64,000 bases of DNA from a virus: positions 1-64,000 of IMG/VR virus record IMGVR_UViG_3300043251_000023; one strand, given 5' to 3'. Shown here in pieces: positions 1-7,251 of this stretch. A program made the position numbers and the translations under genes. Each line of letters opens with the position of its first letter. The first letter of the stretch is position 1. Under the pieces are notes generated by a model that saw nothing but the letters and a program-made list of their open reading frames with translations, ran no database searches and had not been told where the DNA came from.

Positions 1-151
1 GGAGATTGTCGAGGCCATGCGGGCGGACTGGCCGGAGGGTGCCTTGTGGCCGCTTACGCGCGCGGTAATCATCGAACGCTTTGCCCGCTGAGCCGAAAAT
101 ATCCCCACCTGTTCTTGCCCGGACTCGCCGACTCTGTTACGCCCCGCCGCC

Positions 152-367
152 ATGAGCGAGCCTGAGCAAATCGAAGACGAAGAGATCGAACTCGTCCCGG
201 TGCCGATGCGCCCGGAGACGCGCGCTGCGCTGCGCCGGTTTGCCGAACGGATCGGTGAGCCGCCCGGCATTGCGGCCGGGATGCTATTCGAAGACCTGCT
301 CGAGGATGAAGATTTTTGGGAAGCGTTCGAAGACTCGACCGAGGTCGAGCCGCAAACCCTTAACTGA
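152..367 (+). CDS. small hypothetical protein, possible ribbon-helix-helix DNA-binding protein
   Basis: 71-aa ORF with a VPVPMRPETRAALRRFAERIG strand-helix-helix-like pattern. Confidence 0.4.
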   Translation: MSEPEQIEDEEIELVPVPMRPETRAALRRFAERIGEPPGIAAGMLFEDLLEDEDFWEAFEDSTEVEPQTLN

Positions 368-378
368 GGAGAACGGCG

Positions 379-771
379 ATGGCGAAAAAAGGCGATCCGA
401 AGGAAGCAGTCCGCAAGGTTACATCGGCGCGCAAGCTGAAGGAATTGCTGGCGTCGGCCAGGTCGGTGCGCAACGATATTTCCGAACTGTCCGGCGGGTT
501 CGGCTCGGAGATCAAGCTCGCGGTGGAAAAGAACCACCTCCACCGCAAGGCGTTCCGCGCCGCCATTGCCGAAGACCGGATGGAGCCGGAAAAGCTCGCG
601 GAATATTACGAACAACTCGACTATTACCGCGACGTCTTGGGCCTTCTCGAGCGGGCACAGAACGCGCCGAAACTGCCGATGGGCGAAGCCACGGAAGGCG
701 AAGAGGAAGGCGAGACCGGCAACGGCACGGTTCATTCGTTCCCGGCGCCGAAAACCGTCGCGGCGGAATGA
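379..771 (+). CDS. GapR/DUF2312-like nucleoid-associated protein (distant)
   Basis: GAGGAG RBS; KAFRAAIAEDRMEPEKLAEYYEQLDYYRDVLGL resembles the GapR C-terminal helices as recalled. Confidence 0.5.
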   Translation: MAKKGDPKEAVRKVTSARKLKELLASARSVRNDISELSGGFGSEIKLAVEKNHLHRKAFRAAIAEDRMEPEKLAEYYEQLDYYRDVLGLLERAQNAPKLPMGEATEGEEEGETGNGTVHSFPAPKTVAAE

Positions 772-1238
772 AGGTCCTGGGCATCGATCCAGGGTTAAGC
801 GGCGGTCTCGCGGTCGTCGAAAGCGGCGACCGCCCCCGGATAATCGGGATTATCGATGTCCCGACGACCGGGGAAAAGGCAAAGCGGCGGGTCGACGTCG
901 CCAAGGTTCTCGCCTTCCTTTGGGAACATCGGCCCGACCACGCCATCATCGAGCGCGCCCAAGCCATGCCGGAACAGGGCGCCAGCTCGGGCTTCATCTA
1001 CGGCCGAGCGGTCGGGGCGCTCGAAGCGATCGTCGAAGGGATGCAGGTCCCGCTAACGGTCATCGAGTCGACGGCATGGAAAAAGGCCCACGCCCTCATC
1101 AAGCGGGGCAAGGAAGACAGCCGGCAGCGGGCGATCAAACTCTTCCCCGCCGCGGCCGGTTTTGAGCGAAAGCTCGATCACAACAGGGCTGAAGCGGCGC
1201 TGATCGCGTGGTACGGGGTGATGCTGCTGAAAGGTTGA
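768..1238 (+). CDS. RuvC-like Holliday junction resolvase
   Basis: MKVLGIDPGLSGG start, IIE motif, DHNRAEAALIA C-terminus; ATG overlaps the upstream stop (ATGA). Confidence 0.85.
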   Translation: MKVLGIDPGLSGGLAVVESGDRPRIIGIIDVPTTGEKAKRRVDVAKVLAFLWEHRPDHAIIERAQAMPEQGASSGFIYGRAVGALEAIVEGMQVPLTVIESTAWKKAHALIKRGKEDSRQRAIKLFPAAAGFERKLDHNRAEAALIAWYGVMLLKG

Positions 1239-1240
1239 CC

Positions 1241-1801
1241 ATGTCGAGACACCACAAGACGCCGCCGCCGTACCGGCCGGAACCGCCGAAGCCGAACAAC
1301 TCGGCGGTCGTCATCGGCATCCTGGCTTTGCTTCTGCTTTTCGGGATCATTTTTTGGCTTTACGAGCCGCCGGCGCCGAAGCCGGTCCCGGCATTGCCGC
1401 CGATCAGCGGGCCGGTCGAACCGCCGCCCGTTGCGGAACCGGCCCCGGTTGTTGCGCCGGAACCCCCTCCCGTTGCGCCGGAGCCGCCCGCTGTTGCGCC
1501 CGAACCGGTTTCACCTCCGCCCCAGGAACCGGTTATTCCCGAAATCACACCGGTTCCCCCCGAAACCGCCGCGCCGCCGCCGCCGGACTTGCCCAATAGC
1601 GGCGTAAGCGCCGCGCCGCCGCCGGTAGCCATCCCCACAACGCCCTTGGCGAGCCCGCCCGTTGCCCATCCGGCCGCCCCGCCCCGACACAGGGTTCATC
1701 CCCGCCCGACGCACCGCCACGCGCCCCGACGCGGACGTGGGGGGTGCCAAGCGTGCCGGGAGCCGATGCCGGCGGACGAGTATTGCTGCGGGGTCTATTG
1801 A
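1241..1801 (+). CDS. proline-rich single-pass membrane protein with Cys-rich tail
   Basis: one hydrophobic helix (AVVIGILALLLLFGIIFWLY), VAPEP repeats, CQAC...YCC end. Confidence 0.55.
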   Translation: MSRHHKTPPPYRPEPPKPNNSAVVIGILALLLLFGIIFWLYEPPAPKPVPALPPISGPVEPPPVAEPAPVVAPEPPPVAPEPPAVAPEPVSPPPQEPVIPEITPVPPETAAPPPPDLPNSGVSAAPPPVAIPTTPLASPPVAHPAAPPRHRVHPRPTHRHAPRRGRGGCQACREPMPADEYCCGVY

Positions 1802-2415
1802 TGCTGCTCGACGCGCTGCCTAAACGGCACTTTGGGGCGATCCTCGCGGATCCTCCCTGGCATTTTCGCTCCCGAACGGCGCTGCAATCATCAAACTGGA
1901 CCAGCCGCCGGGATGCCGAAAAACATTTCGCCACCATGGGGCGGGAAGATATAGCGGCGCTGCCGGTAGGCGACTACGCCGCGCCGGACGCGCATCTTTT
2001 CCTTTGGGTGACTGGTCCCTGCCTTCCCTACGCTTTCGATGTGATGAAGGCGTGGGGCTTCCGCTATTCGGCGGTTGCCTTCACTTGGGTAAAGCTGAAG
2101 CGATCACACGACGCGCTTCAACTTCGCGTCCTGCCGACCATCGAGGGCGATCTTCATGTTGGGCTCGGATTGACCACGCGGAAGAACGCCGAATTTTGCC
2201 TCCTTGGACGGCGCGGCAATGCCAAGCGCCTGTCCAAAAAGGTGCGCGAAATTATCCTTTCGCCAGTACGCGAACACTCGCGCAAGCCTGAAGAGGCCGC
2301 AACCCGCATCGAGGAATACTGCGCCGGCCCTTATCTTGAATTGTTCGCCCGTTCCGAGCGTCCCGGATGGATTTGCCGCGGCGACGAGGTCGGCAAGTTT
2401 TCCGCCGCCGCCTAG
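1801..2415 (+). CDS. MT-A70 family adenine methyltransferase
   Basis: ILADPPW, HLFLWVT, HSRKP and LELFAR motifs. Confidence 0.9.
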   Translation: MLLDALPKRHFGAILADPPWHFRSRTALQSSNWTSRRDAEKHFATMGREDIAALPVGDYAAPDAHLFLWVTGPCLPYAFDVMKAWGFRYSAVAFTWVKLKRSHDALQLRVLPTIEGDLHVGLGLTTRKNAEFCLLGRRGNAKRLSKKVREIILSPVREHSRKPEEAATRIEEYCAGPYLELFARSERPGWICRGDEVGKFSAAA

Positions 2416-2593
2416 TTTCCATCCCGGAATCGAATCGGCTATAGTCCCTGAGTCGGCAGGCCAGCCGGCTTCTACGGGCGGGATTTGAGCTTGGGTCTCC
2501 ACCCCGGCTCGGCCCGCCCGCCCAACGCCCAGTGGAGGGGCAAATGACCGTGACAATTCACGCCCGATTTTCGCCCGCGCCGACGAGGCGCTG

Positions 2594-3064
2594 ATGAGCG
2601 ATCATTTTCGATCACATTGGGAACGCCGACTCGGCCGCTGCGAAAGCCCGATCGAATCGATGCTATTGGAGCAATTCTGCGCTGCGGCGGTTGAATGGGG
2701 TTACGACGTCGGCCGCGCAGTCAAGGTCCAATCCGAAACCATAGTCGTTAAGCCGCAAGCGCATGTAGATCGCTGGCGCGTCGACTTCCTGATCACCTTC
2801 GACTTTTTCGGAAGTCTGATCGAGATCATCGTCGAGTGCGACGGCCATCAATGGCACGAACGGACGAAATCGCAAGCCACGAAAGACCGCTCGCGCGACC
2901 GCGCGCTTCAATCTCTCGGCTATGAGGTTCTGCGGTTCACCGGCTCAGAGATAAACGCGGCGCCAGCTCGATGCGCCTTCGAAGTTTTGGACCGCATCAT
3001 GGAGTTTCAAACCGCGTGCTTTGTCCACGCCGTCGAAACGGCAGAACGGAAAGACGCGCGATGA
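2594..3064 (+). CDS. DUF559/Vsr-like endonuclease
   Basis: ESPIE...RVDF...VECDGHQWH...DRSRDRALQSLGYEVLRFTGSEI. Confidence 0.85.
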   Translation: MSDHFRSHWERRLGRCESPIESMLLEQFCAAAVEWGYDVGRAVKVQSETIVVKPQAHVDRWRVDFLITFDFFGSLIEIIVECDGHQWHERTKSQATKDRSRDRALQSLGYEVLRFTGSEINAAPARCAFEVLDRIMEFQTACFVHAVETAERKDAR

Positions 3065-3753
3065 TCGATGACGATCGCCTTCCGTGGTTCCATTGCTTCC
3101 CGTCGAAGTGGCTTGATGCTCTCGGCGGTCTGCCGGCAGACCAGAAGCTCGTCTATTCGATCATGCTTTTACGCATCTACGACGCCCGCGGCGCCTGCAT
3201 GGACTCGCTCGACGCGATCGCGACCCGCTGTGGGATCAACAAGAGGCGCACGACCGACGCTTTAGACGCTCTATTCAGAGCCGGAAAATTGGTTCGAATC
3301 GAGGGCGGAATCCATAACCCAAGGGCCATCGAACATATCGAGCGCGGCAATGCCCTCCGGGCGGAGCGCCAAAGGGCCGGCGCGGGAGGCGGCAAGAGGG
3401 CGGCGGAAATTCGCAAGCAAAATCAAACAGGGCCGCCTAGCAAAGCTATAGCTAGAGGCAAGCAGAAAGAGAAAGAGGTAGAAGACTCCTTATTCCCTAA
3501 CGGGAATAAGGCGCCGGTTTTGAAAAACGGAAACACTGAAGAGGCCGATCTATTCCGCCGTGGAAAGGAAATACTCGGCCCAGAAGCGGGCGGTCTTATC
3601 AAAAAGGTTTTGAAAGCCAAAGATGGGAACGTTCCGCAGGCGCGAGCCGCAATCGAAATGGCCGTCGGAAGAAACAATCCGCGCGAATACATCGGCGGCG
3701 TGATCAGAGCCGGTAACAGAACGCACGACGACACTGTGGATGGCCGCCTATGA
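3061..3753 (+). CDS. putative replication initiator (YdaU/DUF1376-like N-terminus)
   Basis: LPWFHCFPSKWL...L...QKLVYSIMLLRIYD N-terminus; located directly before the primase-helicase. Confidence 0.6.
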   Translation: MIDDDRLPWFHCFPSKWLDALGGLPADQKLVYSIMLLRIYDARGACMDSLDAIATRCGINKRRTTDALDALFRAGKLVRIEGGIHNPRAIEHIERGNALRAERQRAGAGGGKRAAEIRKQNQTGPPSKAIARGKQKEKEVEDSLFPNGNKAPVLKNGNTEEADLFRRGKEILGPEAGGLIKKVLKAKDGNVPQARAAIEMAVGRNNPREYIGGVIRAGNRTHDDTVDGRL

Positions 3754-4061
3754 TCACCGCCGGCGAGATTCTGCGTGAGCATCGAATCGTCCTACGAGAT
3801 GAGACGATCGGCCGTCACTACGCGACCTGTCCGCAATGTTCGGCGAAACGGAAGCAGGCACACCGAAAGCTGAAATGCCTCGGCGTGACAATAAACGGCG
3901 ACGGCTTGAACTGGGGATGCAATCACTGTGGCTGGACAGGAGGGGGATTCTATGACCGGAAAAACGTTAGGCGCGCTGGGAGTGGCAGCGTTCGAGCATC
4001 GGGGCATATCTCCGGAAACGGCCGGGCGGTACGGGATATATACCGCGCGCCGGACCGATGA
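3750..4061 (+). CDS. primase zinc-binding domain encoded as a separate ORF
   Basis: CPQCS...KCL.V...WGCNHCGWTG zinc ribbon typical of T7 gp4/Twinkle N-termini. Confidence 0.75.
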   Translation: MITAGEILREHRIVLRDETIGRHYATCPQCSAKRKQAHRKLKCLGVTINGDGLNWGCNHCGWTGGGFYDRKNVRRAGSGSVRASGHISGNGRAVRDIYRAPDR

Positions 4062-5469
4062 TGGTGGTCTTGAACCGCACGAAAAAGGCAATGTCGTCGT
4101 CTTTCCGTTCTCCGACCGAGGCGCGGTCGTCAACGAAAAATATCGCGCGCCGTCGAAGAAGTTTTGGCAGCGCGCCGGCGGCAAGCGAACGTTCTGGAAC
4201 GCCGACGCTTTAGACGATCCGGCACTCGAGGACGGTCGAATGCCGCTGGTGATCACCGAGGGAGAGATCGACGCCCTGTCGGCGATCGAGTGTGGTTTTC
4301 CGCTCACCGTATCGGTTCCGGACGGGGCGCCGGGAGTGCCGGAAGGCGAAGAACCTGAGAACCTCGCGCCGCTCGACCCGAAGGCAGAGGATTCCGGAAA
4401 GTTCGAGTTTCTGTGGAACAACCGCGAGCGACTGGCGCGCGTCAAAAGGTTCGTCCTTGCCGTCGATAACGACGGACCAGGCAGACGATTGGCGGCCGAA
4501 CTCATGCGCCGGCTTTCCGCAGCCCGCTGCTCGTTTGTGATCTATCCGGACGGCTGCAAGGATCTCAACGACGTGCTGACAAAGGGCGGCGCCGAAGAGG
4601 TCGCGCGCGTCATCAATGCGGCTAAACCGTATCCGGTTCGCGGTCTTTATCGACTTTCGGAATTTCCGCAAAACGGCGCGCTGCCGACTTTTAGAACCGG
4701 ATGGTCGACGCTCAACAACAATCTTCGCTTATTCGCTGGCGAGTTCATGGTCGTCACCGGCATTCCTGGACACGGCAAATCGACATGGGTTTTGAACTTG
4801 CTTGCTGACGCCGCCGATCTTCATGGATGGCGTTCGGCGATCTTTTCACCGGAGATGCCGACTGTTCCCCAGTTGCGAGACAAGTTGCGGCGCATCACGC
4901 TTCGAGGTCCGATCGAGGGGTCGAGCCACGATATGATCGCCGAGGCCGACGAATGGATTGAGCGAAATTTCGTCTTCATTGATGTCGACCCGACCGGGAA
5001 GGACGATGAAGAGTATGATCTGGATTGGGTGCTTGATCGCGCGACCGACGCTGTTCTGCGCGATGGCGTCCGTGTGCTGGTGATCGACCCTTGGAACGAG
5101 ATCGAACACGCCAAGCGGCGAGACGAGACGATGACGGATTACATCGGTCGCGCCATCCGCGCGATGAAGCGATTTGCGCGTCTATATGAAGTTGCCGTGA
5201 TCGTGGTCGCTCATCCAACCAAAGACGTCGCCAAGGAGGGAAAAAGCCGGCCGCCGACGCTTTATGACATCGAAGGTTCGGCACACTGGTTCAACAAGTG
5301 TGATCATGGAATCGTCGTCGACTGGCCGGATTCAAACATCGCCGAAAGCGTGATCCGCGTCGCAAAGGTTCGATTCGAGGAAAGCGGCGAACGCGGTCAG
5401 GTGCGGTTAAAGTTTGACAGGTATTCGGGCCGGTATGATCTGTTGATCCGCGAGGAGACGCCGCCATGA
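3952..5469 (+). CDS. TOPRIM primase + SF4 (DnaB/T7 gp4/Twinkle-like) helicase
   Basis: ITEGEIDALS and DNDGPG TOPRIM motifs, KDLND, Walker A TGIPGHGKS, VIDPWNE, VAHP; GGAGG RBS before ATG 3952. Confidence 0.92.
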   Translation: MTGKTLGALGVAAFEHRGISPETAGRYGIYTARRTDDGGLEPHEKGNVVVFPFSDRGAVVNEKYRAPSKKFWQRAGGKRTFWNADALDDPALEDGRMPLVITEGEIDALSAIECGFPLTVSVPDGAPGVPEGEEPENLAPLDPKAEDSGKFEFLWNNRERLARVKRFVLAVDNDGPGRRLAAELMRRLSAARCSFVIYPDGCKDLNDVLTKGGAEEVARVINAAKPYPVRGLYRLSEFPQNGALPTFRTGWSTLNNNLRLFAGEFMVVTGIPGHGKSTWVLNLLADAADLHGWRSAIFSPEMPTVPQLRDKLRRITLRGPIEGSSHDMIAEADEWIERNFVFIDVDPTGKDDEEYDLDWVLDRATDAVLRDGVRVLVIDPWNEIEHAKRRDETMTDYIGRAIRAMKRFARLYEVAVIVVAHPTKDVAKEGKSRPPTLYDIEGSAHWFNKCDHGIVVDWPDSNIAESVIRVAKVRFEESGERGQVRLKFDRYSGRYDLLIREETPP

Positions 5470-5616
5470 GCGCGTGGGATGAGAACAAGAAAACATGGGT
5501 GCCGGAGCGGCCGATTATCGAGCGTTCCGACGACATCCGCGACGTGATGGAAGGGCCGATCGTCGGCGCGCTGGTATCGGTATTTCGCCAACTCGAGGAA
5601 ATGGGAGCGAAGCGCC

Positions 5617-5835
5617 ATGGTCGCGATCAATGAATCCGTGATCTACAAAAGCATGGCGGGCGAGCCTTGGGATGCGACAGTCGTCCGCGTCGGTCCTCCG
5701 GGATATGTCGACGTCACGCTTTCCGGTCCGTTCCTTCGTGAGCCGTTCGAACTTCACGCCGTTCGGTGGTACGACGATCCGGACGAGCCGAAGTCCGGAG
5801 CGCGGCCATGCGGGAAACAATATTCAGGAAAATAG
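5617..5835 (+). CDS. hypothetical protein
   Basis: 72-aa ORF with GGAG RBS, in operon order. Confidence 0.45.
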   Translation: MVAINESVIYKSMAGEPWDATVVRVGPPGYVDVTLSGPFLREPFELHAVRWYDDPDEPKSGARPCGKQYSGK

Positions 5836-5847
5836 TTTTTCTGGGTC

Positions 5848-5877
5848 TTGACGGCGTTCGCTTAAAACGCTTACATA
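5848..5877 (+). promoter_or_regulatory. putative sigma70 promoter with an inverted repeat in the spacer
   Basis: TTGACG (5848-5853), then AT-rich TTACATAAAA from 5871; GCGTT-N7-AACGC dyad at 5854-5870. Confidence 0.5.
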
Positions 5878-5883
5878 AAATTT

Positions 5884-6096
5884 ATGACCGCAGCAGACGT
5901 GCGGAGAATGTTGCAACGGGCTTGTGAAAGAGCCGGGAGCCAACGCGCATGGGCGCGTGAGCATTCGGTTTCCGTTGTTTACGTCAATGACGTTTTAAGC
6001 GGAAACCGCGAGCCTGGCCCTGCGATTTTACAAGCGTTTGGGCTGGAAGCGGAGCGGCGCACCACATATAGGAAAAAAGGGCAACCAAATGGCTGA
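5884..6096 (+). CDS. Cro/Xre-like helix-turn-helix protein
   Basis: GSQRAWAREHSVSVVYVNDVLSGNREPGPAILQAFGL HTH pattern. Confidence 0.8.
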   Translation: MTAADVRRMLQRACERAGSQRAWAREHSVSVVYVNDVLSGNREPGPAILQAFGLEAERRTTYRKKGQPNG

Positions 6097-6718
6097 GCGC
6101 ACCATCGAGATTCCTGAAATCAAACTAGACCGGATCACCGTCAAGGTCGTTGGCACGTCGCCGCTGCTCACGAATCGGTTCGGCGAAAACGCCATTACGT
6201 CCATCGAAAACAAACAACAGAAAAAGGCCAAGGGCGTGAAGGAGGCGCGCGACCCCCACGCGGAGTTTGTCGAAAAACTGCATGTCATAAAAGCAGGTAA
6301 AAGCGATCTTGATGGCACGTTCGGCTATCCGTCCATCGGCATCAAAAAGTGTCTTGTCGTTGCCGGTGGGCGGTTCGCCGACGAAAAGATGACGCATCTG
6401 CGCGGCGCGATCAACATTCTCGGCAGCCTCATCGAAATCAAATCGCCACCCCCGACCATGCGGACGGACACCGTGCGCCTGCAGGGCGGCGTGACCAGCA
6501 TCGCCTATCGGCCGTCGTTCTGGCCGTGGGAAATGGAAATTCCGGTTGTGTATAACGCAGGCATCATCGGCCCCGCGCAAATCCTCAACCTTTTCCAGAT
6601 TGCCGGTTTTGCGGTAGGATTCGGCGCATGGCGCCCCGAACTTAACGGCGTGTTCGGCCAGTTCGTTTTGAAGGATTCCGCCGAAGTCCAGACGAAAGGA
6701 CGGGCCAAGGCGGGATAA
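6089..6718 (+). CDS. stand-alone RAMP/Cas7-like RNA-binding protein (Vipr-like guide-binding effector)
   Basis: N-terminal strand ITVKVVGTSPLL, YPSIGIKKCL, YRPSF.PWEMEIPV and a C-terminal glycine-rich loop AGFAVGFGAWRPELNGVFGQF; no other cas genes; directly followed by the pentamer array. Confidence 0.8.
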   Translation: MAERTIEIPEIKLDRITVKVVGTSPLLTNRFGENAITSIENKQQKKAKGVKEARDPHAEFVEKLHVIKAGKSDLDGTFGYPSIGIKKCLVVAGGRFADEKMTHLRGAINILGSLIEIKSPPPTMRTDTVRLQGGVTSIAYRPSFWPWEMEIPVVYNAGIIGPAQILNLFQIAGFAVGFGAWRPELNGVFGQFVLKDSAEVQTKGRAKAG

Positions 6719-7251
6719 AACACAAGAGCAGACTCGATTTGCTATGCGTTGAACAGACCTTAAGACAGTCAACGAGCATCTGTAGCGAAAAGAAAACAGG
6801 CGCATAGATCGGAGCGGACTCGACAACACTACACAACAAGAGAAAAGTTTAATCCATTTGCCAATAGAGGAGATTAGCAAACTAAGGACGCGACGAGAAT
6901 CGAGAACACGCGAAATGCTTTGTCCATTTGCTATAAGAAAAGCTGAGAGCAAATTTGCGTAGCCTAGCCTTGACACGCAAAGCATCGACGTGAGAACCGC
7001 TGAAATGAAAAGTTTAATTCCTTTGCCATCTGAATGGAGCCGACACGAGGCGAGGCGCGGAGAAAACCCGTGACGACAAATGAAAAGTTTAAACAATTTG
7101 GGCATTTGATAAGAAAAGCTTAGCTGTGACGACAATGGACAACCGAACAACCGAGAAGAAATGTTTTTGTTTGGCCCTTTATCAAAAGAGCCGATTTGCG
7201 TTGCAGAGACGCGCGTAGAAATGTCGTCACGACAATCGAGATGAAATGTCT
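6715..7251 (+). repeat. array of seven tracts of 5-nt units (NG[A/C] or AC[A/C] triplet + variable NN), mostly separated by conserved NGAAA-WGYTT + ~10-nt ...TTTG linkers
   Basis: by my count 71 of 91 core pentamers have G at position 2, 15 more start AC, and none has G at position 3; phase is unbroken over 6781-7090; linkers AATCCATTTG 6851, TGTCCATTTG 6921, AATTCCTTTG 7016, AAACAATTTG 7091, degenerate at 7167. Confidence 0.92.
6715..7251 (+). ncRNA. putative multi-guide precursor RNA (gapped-code guides) for the adjacent RAMP protein
   Basis: the variable dinucleotides of six tracts decode to conserved transposase or mobile-element protein motifs; transcription and processing are not shown. 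Confidence 0.75.

Noticed and set aside
1420-1520. GTTGCGCCGGA-type short repeats
   Set aside because: Explained by VAPEP repeats in a proline-rich coding region.
3373-3402. Self-targeting of the initiator GGGKR segment by guide 5 read in sense
   Set aside because: Only the GG GG GG AA core matches; the antisense reading gives a much better match (RRFPPPW).
6125-7150. 341-aa minus-strand ORF over the array and RAMP gene
   Set aside because: The S/R/L/C-rich low-information translation is what the pentamer periodicity produces, and it overlaps a motif-bearing + strand gene.
6841-7180. Canonical CRISPR array interpretation of the repeated AAAAGTTTAA..TTTG linkers
   Set aside because: The repeats are short and degenerate, the intervening sequences are themselves 5-nt periodic, and no cas1/cas2 is present.
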